A stretch of DNA of 64,000 nt from Octopus vulgaris (Eukaryota), in NCBI GenBank assembly GCA_951406725.2, contig OX597835.1:32488001-32552000 (forward strand), in the 5' to 3' direction. Below, in pieces: positions 12,371-25,986 of the stretch (its first letter is position 1; each line of letters begins with the position of its first letter). The position numbers and the translations under genes are program-made. The notes under the pieces are model-generated. The model was not told the origin of the DNA. It was given only the letters and a program-made list of their open reading frames with translations, and searched no databases.

Positions 12371-13152
12371 ATTACACATCCAGCGGATCAGCAGCATGAT
12401 CCGCTGGATGTGTAATGTCAGCTGCATGCACGACAGCGTGTAAGTGCCTTGAGAGAAATGTTGGACATAAGAAGCATTGAATGTGGCATGTAGGAGAGAC
12501 GCCTGCATTGGTATGGTCATGTACTATGGATGGATGAAGAGAGATGTGTGAAGAAGTGCCACTCCCAAACAGTTGAAGGAATCTGGGGTAGGTAGACCCA
12601 GGAATGAGGTGGTCAAGCATGACCTTTGAATGTTGGGCTTCACAGAGGCAATGATAAAAGACCGAGAATTCTGGACATATGCTGTGACTGTGAAGACCTG
12701 ACAAATGAAGTGAGTTCATGGCCCACAGGATTGCCTGCTGTGCTTACCTTGGATCGTAGGGTGACCTGCTGTGCTTGAGGAGACCTATTGAGTCAAGTTC
12801 ATCAACATCAAATGGAAATAGTAGTTGTGGTACCTGTGCCGGTGGCACATAAAAAACGCCGTCTGAACATGGCCGATGCCAGCACCACCCTGACTGACGT
12901 CCATGCCAGTGGCATGTAAAAGGCATCAACCGATCGTGGCCGCTGCCAGCCTCCTCTGTCCCCTGTGCCAGTGGCATGTAAAAAGCACCCACTACACTCA
13001 TGGAGTGGTTGGCATTAGGAAGGGTATCCAGCTGTAGAAACATTGCCAGATCAGACTGGAGTTTGGTGCAGCCTCTTGGCTTCCCAGACTCCGGTCGGAC
13101 CGTCCAACCCGTGCTAGCATGGAAAACAGGCATTAAACAATGATAATGATGA
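12371..13152 (+). mobile_element. 5'-truncated RTE copy (end of ORF + 3' UTR + GAT tail)
   Basis: Homologous to the reverse complement of 36475-37360 (MIRWMCNVS..., gtggtcaagcatgacct). Confidence 0.88.
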
Positions 13153-13399
13153 TATATATATATATATATATACTATAAATATACATACGCTTAAATGTGT
13201 ATATGTATGTGTGCATGGAGATAAGTGCAGGAACTCGTGACAGTCTGAAGGAAATAAAGCATGCATGCTGTGCAGGATTTGTGGAAATATTGTACCTCAA
13301 TATAGAATTAGACTTGACCAAAGAGAAATCAGATGCAATGGGCATAAGAGGAAATTTCAATGGCATGGCTGTGTGTTACACGTTTGCATCTCCAAAGTC

Positions 13400-13740
13400 C
13401 ATCCCCTCCTCACCGTGGTGGGGATGCTGGCAACGGGTAGTGTCAGAGCTATGCCGTCGGGAACTTCGGTTCCTGGTAGGGCCACCCAAGGTGGATTGGT
13501 CTGACACCGAGTGGTATTAGGGCCACAACCCGGCAGACGGGGCTCTGGTGAAAATCCTCGGAGTGTCTGTTTCGGCAACCGGAAGCTCCTCGGTTGTTCT
13601 GTCCCTGCATCTGCAGACAATCTGCGGCAAACAGGATGTCTCTACATGCGGGATTGTTGGGGACCGCTTGTGAAATCCACATATTCCCATGAAACTTCTT
13701 CCAAAGAAGAAGCCGACTCAACCCGCCCAGGGTGAATGTC
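13400..13740 (+). mobile_element. GC-rich block, possible RTE-type 5' UTR fragment
   Basis: Composition shift; cctggtagggccacccaagg recalls RTE 5' UTRs. Weak evidence. Confidence 0.3.
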
Positions 13741-14312
13741 GTCACAAGTACAAGTAAGTAAGTATTACACATGAAGGATGAAGTTACACATGAAGTGTCT
13801 CATACTCCATATATGGCATATACCCATGTCACCAGTCTTCTCTCTTGCACAATACAGTTGATTGCTCTTTACTTTTTCTCCCAGCTTATTTGTACTCCAA
13901 AGACGATGCACACAAACACTACACCTTCAGTTGAAGTCTGCTAACTTTATATCTTTTTAGTCTTTGCAAATCTTCTACATTCAAAGCCCATGCTGTGTTA
14001 TTCTACATGGGTATTACTGTTACCATGTGTGTGTATACATGTTTGTATATGTGTCTATGTAGGGCGGTGAGCTGGCGGAAACGTTAGCATGCCAGGCGAA
14101 ATGCATAGCCGTATTTCATCTGCCATTACGTTCTGAGTTCAAATTCCGCCGAGGTCGAATTCGCCTTTCATCCTTTTGGGGTCGATAAATTAAGTACCAG
14201 TTATGCACTGGGGTTGATATAATCGACTTAATCCATTTGTCTGTCCTTGTTTGTCCTCTCTGTGTTTAGCCCGTTGTGGGTAGTAAAGAAGTATGTATGT
14301 TTATATGTCTAT

Positions 14313-14690
14313 GGGTCTGCTGAAAAGTTCCTAGCTTTGGGTAAAAGAAAATACAAGAGGATCCGTTAAATTCCCATATTAGCAATCCTTTATTTTTTCT
14401 TCTAACTCTGTAATAGAATTTAGAAGGTTAGACCTCCAACCAAGCCTTTCACAAAACCCTTAAAGCCAGGAAATTTCCAGCACCCACTCATACTCTGAGG
14501 GCATGTTAAAAAGCTCTTGGCTTTGAGTAAAATAAAGTATTCAACATATTTCCCTCTCAGATTCACACACTTATTGCAGCGGTCTTTCAGTTTATCTAAG
14601 CCCTGTAAAAGAACTCGGACATTGCTGGCTTTAAGGGTATCAATGAAGGCCTGGTTGGAGGCCCAACCTTCTGTGTTCTTTTACAGGGCT
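14313..14690. mobile_element. Mariner-like MITE remnants (two adjacent)
   Basis: gctgaaaagttcctagcttt vs aaagccaggaaatttccagc inverted ends; related terminus at 63431. Confidence 0.55.
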
Positions 14691-16963
14691 AAGTGGAAAT
14701 GGAAGAAGGTTATGTGCAAGTGGGGAGCAATAGTGCTGGTGCAAAATATGAAAGACTAAGGGAAGAAATTTAGGGTGGCACATGAAAGGGCAAGAGGAAT
14801 GATGTAGAGGTGTATGTATAATGTATATGCGGAAAGGAGAAACAAAAAATAAGAGGTTAAAAGAAAAGGAAATGAGTAAAATAGACAAGTGATGGATGGT
14901 ACTTGAAAAACAAGGGGTGTTATCTTAGTTCACTGGTAGGGAACCCCTGACACCGTAGTACATCTCCAGTGTTAGAAGCTGTGCAAAGACTAAATAATAA
15001 TAAGGGTTTCAAGTTTTGCCACAAGGGCAGCAGTTTTGGGGGGAGGGATGAGTCAATTACATCGACCCCAGTACACAACTGGTACTTAATTTATTGAACC
15101 TGAAAGGATGAAAGGCAAAGTCGACCTCAGTGGAATTTGTACTCAGAATATAAAGACAGACGAAATACCTATTTCTTTACTACCCACAAGGGGCCAAACA
15201 CAGAGAGGACAAACAATGACAGACAAATGGATTAAGTCAATTATATGGACCCCAGTGCCTAACTGGTACTTATTTAATCAACCCCGAAAGGATGAAAGGC
15301 AAAGTCGACCTCTGCGGAATTTGAACTCAGAACGTAGCGGCAGACGAAATACCGCTAAGCATTTCGTCCAGCATGCTAATGAGTCTGCCAGCTCACAACT
15401 TTGTTGATAATAACATTAAAAGTACTAGTAGTAGTAGTAGTGGTGGTGATGTATTGCAAGGATATGATACTGAAGACTCAAATGTAAACTGAAATATTTA
15501 ATGAATTGAATACTGCCTTTCTATACATTATAATTATGTCATTATTGAATTTCTTTTGATACAAAATATAAACAAACCAAATAAATAACAGAATGGTTAA
15601 ATTTTATATCTTGATATTATGAAGTAGAAGAGTGATGGTAATTGGAGTTAAGCAAGTGCACAAATCTAACAAAATTTAATTTGTTCATCATTTGCTATGT
15701 TGATGTTTTGTACTGAAAAACAAGAAGGAAAATTTTCAATAATGAGAGAATTTCAAGAACAAAGTATTTGATAAATAGCCTATTAAAGTTTTCACTTGCG
15801 TCTTCAATATTGTTTCTCTACAGTACACTTTTGCTGTTATTGATTTGTAGGTAAAGATACTCACAATATATTACGTGCCTTTGTTATTTTAATATAGAAT
15901 AATGAACAAAAGTGAATATGTTGCTGTGTGTGTTCGTCAAATGATCTCCATTTAAAAAATGTAAATAAATGGGTGCAAGTGTGGCTGTGTGTGGTAAAAT
16001 GCTTGCTTCCCAACCACATGGTTCTGGGCTCAGTCCCACTCTGTGGCACCTTGGGCAAGTATCTTCTGCTATAGCCTCAGGCCGATCAAAGCCGTGTGTG
16101 TGGATTTGGTAGATGGAAACTGAAGGAAGCCCGTCGTCTATAAATATATGTGTGTGTGTGTGTATTTGTGTATCTGTGTTTGTCCCCACCACTATCGCTT
16201 GACAACCGATGTTGGTGTGTTTATGTCCCCGAGCTAAGTGGTTTAGCAAATGCGACTAATAGAATAAGTATAGGCTTACAAAGAATAAGTTCTGGGGTCG
16301 ACTTGTTTGACCAAAGGCAGTGCTCCAGCATGGCTGCAGTCAAATGACTGAAACAAGTAAGAGAATACAAGAATAGATACGTGCAGGCATGGCTGGGTGG
16401 TAAGAAGCTTGCTTCTCAACCACATGGTTCTGGGTTCAGTCCCACTGTGTGGCACTTTAGGGAAGTGTCTTCTATTATAGCCTTGGGCCAACCAAAAACT
16501 TCTGAGTAGATTTGGTAGATGGAAACTGATAGAAACCTGTCATGTATCTGTGTGTGCTTGTGTGTATCCTCCACAACCGTGTAACAACCGATGTTGGTTT
16601 ATTTACATCCCTGTAACTTAGCAATTTGACAAAAGTGATCAATAGACTAAGTATCAGGCTTATGTAAAAGATAAGTACTGGAGTTGATTCATTTGACTAA
16701 AAAATATTCCACAAGGCGGTGCCCCAGCATGGCCATAGTCTAATGCCTGAAACAAGTAAAAGATAAAAGACAGAATGCTCTAAGACCATTTTCTCTAAAG
16801 TAGTTTTACCAATTTAATAAAATTAGTAAATATGAGATATATTTCAAATAAACTCATTTTTCTTCTAAAATAGTAATTCTCACAGTGTAGCAAAAATACG
16901 TAAGCCTGACTCATGCAATCAGGGAAAAGAGGATGTTAAAACAAAGATGTGGAGGAGGAAATG

Positions 16964-17007
<44 letters not shown>

Positions 17008-17089
17008 GGTGTAGCTGTTTTAGTATGTGCATATATAAGCATATTTGTGTGTGTGTGTATCTATGTTTTTAAATATATTTTTATATAGG

Positions 17090-17509
17090 TGTGAGTGTGT
17101 GTGTCTATATATGTATGTGTATGTCTATGCTTGTGTTCGTGCAAATATATATATATTTCCACGTATGTGTATATATAAAAATGTATATATGTATGTGTAA
17201 TATATACATATATATATATATATCCACGTATGTGTATATATAAAAATGTATATATGTATGTGTAATAAATATATATATATATATATATACCCACGTATGT
17301 GTATATATAAAAATGTATATATGTATGTGTAATATATATATATATATATCCACGTATATGTATATATCCACATATATGTATATATATCCACATATGTGTA
17401 TATATAAAAATGTATATATGTATGTGTAAAATATATATAAAGATATATATCCACATATATGTATATATGTATGTGTAATATATATATCCACGTATATGTA
17501 TATATAAAA

Positions 17510-17550
<41 letters not shown>
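17090..17550. repeat. TA-rich compound minisatellite
   Basis: Repeated ccacgtatgtgtatatataaaaatgtatatatgtatgtgtaa unit. Confidence 0.9.
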
Positions 17551-17552
<2 letters not shown>

Positions 17553-18549
17553 TACCTTGAAAGTTAATTAAATTGTCATTAACAATATTCAATATTTGTT
17601 TCTTCTTTCAGGTGTATGTATAAATAGTGAGGCATACATAATTGTTTCTCAATGGTTTTTGCTGTCTCAAATTTTGACGCTTTATTAATAATATTTATCA
17701 TTATTATTATTATTATCACCATCATCATCATCATTAATAATAAGGTGTAAAGCTGGCAGAATCATTAGCAAGCCAGACAAAGTGCTTTGTGATATTTCGT
17801 CTGTCTTTATGTTCTGACTTCAAATTCCTCTGAGGTCGACTTTACCTTTTATCCTTTCGGGGTCAATAAGTACCAGTTGAATACTGGGGTCGATGTAATC
17901 AACCTGTTCCCTCCCCACAAATTCTAGGCCTTTTGCCTATAGTAGAAAGGATTATTATTATTATTATTATTATTATTAGTAGTAGTAGTAAGTGAGGAGT
18001 ACCAAATTCTAGGCTTTATGCCTATAGTAGAAAGGATTATCATTATTATTATTATTATCATTAATAGGTGCAGGAGTGGCTGTGTGGTAAGTAGCTTGCT
18101 TACCAACCATAGGGTTCTGCATTTTAGTCCCACTGTGTGTCACCTTGGGCAAGTGTCTTCTACTATAGCCTCAGACCAACTAAAGACTTGTGAGTGGATT
18201 TGGTAGATGGAAACTGAAAGAAGCCCATCATATATATATGTGTGTGTGTGTGTGTGTTTGTGTCTGTTCCTCCCACCATTGCTTGACAACCAATGCTGGT
18301 GTGTTTATGTCCCTGTAACTTGGCAGTTCGGCAAAAGAGACCGATAGAATAAGTACTAGGCTTACAAAGAATAAGTCCTGGGGTTGATTTGTTTGACTAA
18401 AGGCAGTACTCCAGCATGGCCGCTGTCAAAATAACTGAAACATAAGAATATAAGAATAATAAGATGGCTAGCTGGCTGAATCAATAGTATGCTGAGTGAA
18501 ATATTTAGTGGCATTTTGTCTGCCGCTACGTTCTGAGTTCAAATACTCA

Positions 18550-19530
18550 CCCCCTAAAAGATGAAAGGTGAAGTCGACCTCGGTGAAATTTGAACTCAGA
18601 ACACAGCAACAGGCAAAATACCTCTAAGCATTTCATCCGGTACACTAACAATTCTGCCAGCTTGCTGCCTTACCTTAAAATTAATCCTTTTTACTATAAG
18701 CACAAGGGCTGAAATTTGGTGGGCGGGGTGCAGTTGATTAGATTGACCCCAGTATGCAACTGGTACTTAATTTATCGACCCCAAAAGGATGAAAGGCAAA
18801 GTCAGCCCTGGCAGAATTTGAACTCAGAACGTAGCAACAGGCAAAATACTGCTAAACATTTCATCCCATGCACTAATGATTCTGCTAGCTTGCTGCCTTA
18901 CCCTAAAAATAATCCTTTCTACTGGGGTGGGTGCAGTTGATTAGACCGACTCTAGTATGCAACTGGTACTTAATTTTATTGACCCTGAAAAGAATGAAAG
19001 GCAAAATCAACCTCAGAGTTTGAATTCAGAACGTAGCAACACACGAAATACCGCTAAGCATTTCATCCGGTGTGCTAACGATTCTGCCAGCTTGCTGTCT
19101 TACCTTAAAAATAATCCTTTCTACTATAGACACAAGGGATGAAATTTGGTGGAGGGAGGGGGCCAGTTGATTGGATCGACCCCAGTATGCTACTGGTACT
19201 TAATTTTATTGACCCCAAAAGGATGAAAGGCATATCGACATCAGAGTTTGAACTCAGAACGTAGCAACATGTGAAATACCACTAATCATTTCGACTGGTG
19301 CACTAACTTACCTTAAAAATAATTTTTTCTATAGGTACAAGGGCTGAAATTTGGTGGGGAGGGGGCCAGTTGATTAGATCGACCCCAGTATGCAACTGGT
19401 ACTTAATTTATCAACCCCGAAAGGATGAAAGGCTAAATCGACCTCGGTGGAATTTGAACTTAGGACATAAAGAGATGAAATACCACTAAGCATTTTGCTT
19501 GGCCTCCTAACGATTCTGCCAGCTCTCTGC
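18550..19530 (-). repeat. Head-to-tail tandem array of about 5 SINE-B units
   Basis: Repeated junction ccttaaaaataatcctttctact...gaaatttggtgg between successive SINE bodies. Confidence 0.8.
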
Positions 19531-20136
19531 CTTTTTTTTGACCACGATACTTTATTTTCAAGTGGCTCCAGTTCACTCACAAGACACTGATAAAAACATT
19601 TGCCACAAACTAAGATAAAAACATTTGCCCCTTTCATCCTATTGGAGATGACCTTGGTGGAATTTGAACTCTGAATGTAAAGACTGACAAAATGCCCCTA
19701 AGCTTTATCGCCTGGCATGCTATTGATTCATCAAACTCACTGCCCTTTAATAATGACAACAATAATGCTTTCAAATTTTTACATGGGACCAGTAATTTCT
19801 AGTACATGGGTAAGTTGGTTTCAGCAATCCCAGCATTCAGCTGGTACTGATTTTATTGACCCCCTGCAGGGAAGAAAGGCAAAATCAAATGTGGCTGAAT
19901 TTGAACTCAGAATGTTAAGCTGGATGAAATGCCGCTAATATATTCCCCAGCATGGTAATAATTCTGCCAGCTTGCTACTTCAATAATAAGGATAATGGTT
20001 TTTTAAAATTTTGGTAAAATGTTAGCAAATTTAGAGGTGGGGCGGCATTTAAACTCAGAATGTAAAGCTAAGAGAAATGCTACTAAGTAGCACAGATACT
20101 GTCAACTTGTTGCCTTCACTGATAATAATAATGGTA

Positions 20137-20510
20137 ACAAGCAAGAGCACTCAGAGAGCACAAACCTCCGCCAAGGCAACACCAATGTCCTCTCGACAAT
20201 TAGCCACTGATGATTTTTAAAATGAGAATATCTTAAGTAAACTCGACTGCTCTTATAAATGAGAATACTAAAAATGAACCTGAGCACTTTCAAAAATTAA
20301 GTAAAAAAAATAAATAGAACAAATAATCCAGAATCCTTGTCTGGTAACGCATCGATCCTAACATCTAATCACTTTATGCCAGTCACAACGCCAAACATCC
20401 TTGGAAGTTTCGTCCGAATTCATCCAGCGGTTCTTGAGATATCTTGTCCATAGATAAACAAACAAGCATGACTGAAAACAATACCTCTGCCTTCACTAAG
20501 TCAGAGGTAA
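20137..20510 (+). mobile_element. Unclassified element with terminal hairpin
   Basis: cctccgccaagg near the start and hairpin tacctctgcctt-cact-aagtcagaggta at 20482-20509. Confidence 0.45.
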
Positions 20511-20730
20511 TAATACTGATTTCTACTATAGGCACAATGCTTGGAATTTTGGGTTAGGGGTTTAGTTGATTACATCGACCCCAAGCGCTCAACTGGTACT
20601 TATTTCATCAACCCCAAAATGATGAAAAGCAAAGCCGATCTCAGCAACATTTTGTCGGTCTTTATGTTCTGGGTTCAAAGTCCACTAAGCATTTTGTTCA
20701 GTGTGCTAATGATTCTTCCTGCTCATCCCC

Positions 20731-20732
<2 letters not shown>

Positions 20733-20767
<35 letters not shown>

Positions 20768-20832
20768 TAATAATAATAATAACAATAATAATAACAATAA
20801 TAATAACAATAATAATAACAATAATAACAATA

Positions 20833-20896
<64 letters not shown>

Positions 20897-20928
20897 TAAT
20901 AATAATAATAACAATAACAATTATAATA
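20733..20928. repeat. (AAT/AAC)n microsatellite
   Basis: Direct inspection. Confidence 0.97.
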
Positions 20929-21460
20929 AATGCCCTGATGCAGTAAATAGCAGTGGCTCTCATGACTTCTGATCTTAACTGATTGGAAGTGTTATCATGT
21001 ACATTGATTTGTCTTGTTATAAAAGATGGGGCTACAGCAAATATTCTGCTCAATACCACAGATTTGCTTGCCAGTTGCTTGACCTTAACCAGCAGAGCAT
21101 GTCCCTTAGTGGCTGACGATATGTGCATCTCTGATCGCAAGCAATAGTAGTGGGGGAGTACCATTACCATGTGTTGCAAAGAATTCTTTTAGGTTTGAAT
21201 AAATCACCTCTGGAAACATGGGTGTTTTGTTCAACATCCTTAAACAACTCTTTTTCAAGGACCACATGAGTGGAATGGGCTACTCGACGTGAAGAAAATT
21301 CTAACTGGGCCCCACCTGCAAGGTCATGCACTGTTATCTTGATGGTTGTGATGCATGTACCTGGTGTACCCTTATTGGACGGGTAGTTATGATGGATATA
21401 CTGGGTTTTGTATAGTTTACTCCAGTGTCACTTTGATGGCCTGCACTGCTATCTCACTCA
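20929..21460 (+). mobile_element. Unclassified interspersed element (about 530 bp) flanked by (AAT)n; second copy about 28950-29450(-)
   Basis: Shared ctgatcttaactgattgg, aaagatgggctaca and cacctctggaaacatgg motifs; both copies begin immediately after (AAT)n. Confidence 0.75.
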
Positions 21461-22230
21461 ATAATAATAATAATAATGATGATGGTTTCACATTTTTGCA
21501 CAAGGCCTGCAATTTCGAAGGAGGAGGTAGGTCGATTAAACCAACTCAAGTGTTTGACTGGTACTTATTTTATCAGCTAGATGAATGGTAAAATCGACCT
21601 CGGTGAAATTCGAACCCAGAACATTAAGACAAATGAAATGCTTCAAAGCATTCTGCTTAGTTTCCTAATGATTCTTCCAGCTCACCACTTCATGGTACTG
21701 ATAACAACAATAATAATTATTATTATTATTGTTTCAAATTTTGGCTCACAACCCATTAATTTAGGGGAAGGGCAGTATTTGAACACAACATAAAACCAGA
21801 AGAAATGTCTTTAAGCGATAGTAATTCTGCCAGCTCACTGCCTTTACTACTACTAATAATAATGATAATAATAATAATCCTTTCTACTATAGGCACAAGT
21901 CCTGAAATTTGGAGGGAAGTTGATTACATCAACCCCAGTGTTTAACTGGTACTTAGAATGTAAAGACGGATGAAATATGGCTAAGCACTTTGTCTGCCTT
22001 AATAATAATAATAATCCTTTCTACTAAAGGCATAAGACCTGAAATTTTGGGGGGAAAGGACTTGTCGATTACATCGACCCCAGTGTTTCACTGATAATTT
22101 ATCAACCCCCAAAATGATGAAAGGCAAAGTTGACCTTGGCAAAATTTGAACTCAGAACGTAAAGACAGACATCATACCACTAAGCACTTTGTCCAGTTTG
22201 CTAATAACTCTGCCTGCTCACCACCTAATG

Positions 22231-22261
<31 letters not shown>

Positions 22262-23178
22262 CAACAACTATTGTTTCAAATTTTGGCTCAGGGCCTACGA
22301 ATATACAAGAAGGGCAACATTTGAAGAGAGCACATAAAACTGGCAAAAATGCTTGCTCTCTGCCTTTACTACTACTACTACTACCACTAATGATAATAAT
22401 AATAATAATAATAATCATTAATAAATGGTAACTGGCTTCAAAAAATAGACATATGACTCGAAAATTGTTCCTTGTGTGCCAAAATTCACACAATTGACAT
22501 CTCATGGTTAATGTGTCTGCGTACTAGGTCTGCCTGTATTCGCTTTGTACAGTTTTTACCGATTCTAACTATACTGGGGCAACTGCTGATACTTAAGTTG
22601 GAATTTTCTTTTTTTTTTCATACGCATATTTTAATTTTTCAAAATTTCAGCTGTATTTATTATTTTTTCTTTTTTTTTTGTTTTCCAAATTTTTGACAAT
22701 ATTTTATATTTTGAGGAATTGTGGATCACTTAAACAGCAACAACAACAACATTAATATTATCGATATGATCAATAACTAGAAATTCTCAAAATGACGATT
22801 ATTGAATATAAAAGAAAATAATTAAAATATTAGAGGGAAAAAAAAATTCAGTGCCCTGCCCCCACAAAAAATATCAAAATTTTTTTTTTTTAAATAATAA
22901 TGAAATATTGTATCAAGACATTAATTGTACCCCTGCCCCTTTTTTAGTATTTTTGTTGTTTGTGTTGTGTTAATTCTTTTTCTTTTTTGTATTTTATTTT
23001 TGCATTGTTTTAAAAAATATTTTGGGGGATTCTTTGTTTGCTTAACTTCTGCATTCGATGTTATCAATTAATTTAATTTCTCTTTTTCTTTCGTTTCGAT
23101 AATTGTGAAATGTTTGTGTTTTTGTTTGTTTTTAATTTTATAATTATTTACTAATTATTTCTACATTTTCATGTAAAG

Positions 23179-23339
23179 TTAAAAAATACCATTGCTACTA
23201 CCACTGCCTCATCCACCACCACCACCACCTTCATCACTACCACCACCACTTCCTCCTCTTCCTCTTCCAACGACCCAGAATATATCCCACTAAGAAAAAT
23301 TGCTTGAAGTACAGCTACCATGTTATTCACCCTTTAAGG
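23179..23339 (+). CDS. Candidate downstream exon D (His-rich), phase 1 to phase 0
   Basis: Weak AAG acceptor after a T-rich tract and strong AGG|GTAAGA donor; 161 nt, open in the frame continuing exon C. Overlaps a (CAC)n low-complexity tract, so it may be coincidental. Confidence 0.2.
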
Positions 23340-23557
23340 GTAAGACCTCCTGACGTCAAAATATATTCTAAGGTTTTGGGTAGACACTCCATCACGATGC
23401 TTAACGCATACTTCTCTTTCCATCTGTCTTTCTGCCGCTCTTCTCTCTGCTTCTTTTATATTTCTCTGTACTTCTCTTCTCTATCCTCATCAGTTTTTCA
23501 TTCTTCTTCCCTGAAGCTTCCATTTTTGTCTTGACATAATGTTATGGACAAATTTAA

Positions 23558-24307
23558 CCCTTTAGTGTTCAGCTTACTCTGTCAAGTGTAATGCTAATTT
23601 AGTCACACTGCTCTGAATTAATCATGCATTATCTTGTAGCCTTGAGCTTTCAGATACCATAAATCTTAGAGTATAGTCTGCCCTTGAGTATAATATGCAG
23701 GGGATTTTTAGGGAGCTGTACCTCTGAAAAACCTAAACCTTGTGTATAATACGCACTCCTTCTCTAACTTGAGTCATGCATAATTAAGCCAGCAGCATCT
23801 AGTTGAACAAACACTTCTGCACATGCGTAATACAATAATGGTGATGTTCTTAACTGTTATATGGGAATGTAAATATGTTTGCAAATTGTTTTTGTTACAT
23901 GTTATTCTGTGTTCTGAATGCTTATATTATAATAAATCTTGATTATTGCAAGTTATGGATGATTCTTTTATGACTTCATTACTTTCAGGCTTAGCTTAAG
24001 GTATTTTCGCACCCGACGTCACAAAATACGTCTGAATAAACATTGCCGGGTAGCAAATAGAGACTCGGACATTGCTTAGAAAATATTTTTTCATTTTTAA
24101 CCTCGTATATAGTACACACTAGGGATTTTAACCTTTAAATTTTGGGATAAAAATTGCGGATTCTACTCGAGGATTTACGGTAATTGGAGTGTTTAATTTT
24201 TTCGGAATAACATTGCAGGGTAGGTGTGAGAAGCCAGATCTGATTTATTTTAACATAAAACAAGCATAATATTTAGTCTAGATATGGTTGGTTTAAATGC
24301 TAAAGGG
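23558..24307. mobile_element. piggyBac-like MITE (TTAA|CCCTTTAG...CTAAAGGG|TTAA)
   Basis: TTAA TSD and CCC/GGG termini. Confidence 0.75.
23657..24180. mobile_element. Tc1/mariner-superfamily (pogo/Tc2-like) MITE nested in the piggyBac-like MITE
   Basis: TA|ccataaatcttagagtata ... tctactcgaggatttacgg|TA imperfect TIRs. Confidence 0.7.
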
Positions 24308-25953
24308 TTAAAATAATTTTGATTGCTTTCATTTAACATAAAGGAAACATGGTGCCTGTTTAACAGATTTATATAACAAACTAATTATCGCTGTTCACTA
24401 AATGTTTGCTGAGTGCTGTGTATTTGGATAGAATAGAAATAACATGCTTTGACTACTCACATAACACAAGCAGCTGTTACTACTTAGTTATTTCATTGTG
24501 TTTAATAATAATGTTGATGATTTGGTTAACTTCAAAATGTAATTTGAAAATTCAGTCTTGTCATGTGAATTGCTGTTCTTCCCTCTCTATCTTTAAACTT
24601 TCTTATTGATGTTACTGTTGATGTGTAAGGTCTCATTGGAATTGATCCAGTGAATTTATCACCAAAAATCTCCTTGTCATGCTATTCCTTTTTTTTTTGT
24701 TCTACAGTGTATCTTAGTCTCAGGTAATTTCTGTGTGAGATACACAAGATAGTGATCTTCTGCTAGTATAGTCAATGTGCTTCAGTTCCTTATAACACTT
24801 ATCCTTGTGCTTTTGAGGGTCTTTATTTTAATTTTGGTTTGAGGTATTCTTGGGCCAAGCCTCTCCTCATATCCTCTTATGAACTGACCCACCCACTCTT
24901 CTCAACCCAATGTCCCTGTTCTCGTTTATGCTCACCTTCTACCTTGCAAGTACACCATGTCACTTCATCACTACTGCCTTTATCTCTCTTTCCAGCAATC
25001 CCCACCCACTCTTATATAATCTGCGGTAGCTGTGTATCTTTTCTATAACAAGATACCTGTTCCTGTCCCCCTGACATAACTCTAACCTCTTAACACCTGA
25101 CATAAAGAACATCTATATCCCTCTACTATACTCCTACTCAGTTGTGGAGGCCTTTATAGTTTGTTTGTCTTGTGAATTACTTGGCAAACCCATTAGTGTT
25201 GGTGCCACAGAATAATAGCCACTGAGTGTATTCTATGAAGTGATTGGTATTAGGAAAGGCATTGAGCTATGGAAAACATGTCAAAAGAAGACATTGGCAC
25301 TCAATGCAATCCTTCAGCTCATTGGATCCTGTGAAGCTGACAAAATTATGCCAGTATGGAAAACAGACATTCTAAGATGATAATGATGAGGAAATATATA
25401 ATTATTGAAGACAAGAAGTGCACAACCAGAAAAACACTTGCACAAACACTTCTAAATGTCTGTGAGTGTATCTGTTCTCATTTTCTCTCATCTCACATAT
25501 CTGTGTATTTGTTGCTGTTAAAATCACAGACATACCTTTTAGCTGAAATAAATTTAATTAAAAAGTTGCTCTTAAATAAGTTAATTATTCCATCATTTAC
25601 TAACGAGATCTCCCTATCATCCCCTCATCTTTATTTCCCCCCGACTAAAGTGTTGTTTTAGGAAATCTCACTTCTCAAAAATCCAATTGCTTTGTGAAAT
25701 ATACACATGCACACATACACATACCTTTGTTTCCATACTTACACACACTGTCTCTTTCTCTCTCTCACTCACACAGACACATATGCTAACATATATACAT
25801 ATAAATTCTCCATTCATAAAAATGCTTGCACACAGACAGACATATATATATAGATCCATAGACATATCCATGCTTGTATACACACACATATACTTATATA
25901 TTTCTCTCTATATATATGTGTGTGTGTGTGTATATATACACATATATATATAC

Positions 25954-25983
<30 letters not shown>

Positions 25984-25986
<3 letters not shown>

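Noticed and set aside
20541-21179. Poly-Asn/Ile/Leu ORFs
   Set aside because: (AAT)n microsatellite translations.
25356-25661. Conserved 101-aa ORF pair with 47647-47952
   Set aside because: The ORF starts within a decayed RTE tail, and its similarity simply reflects the near-identical inverted segment.
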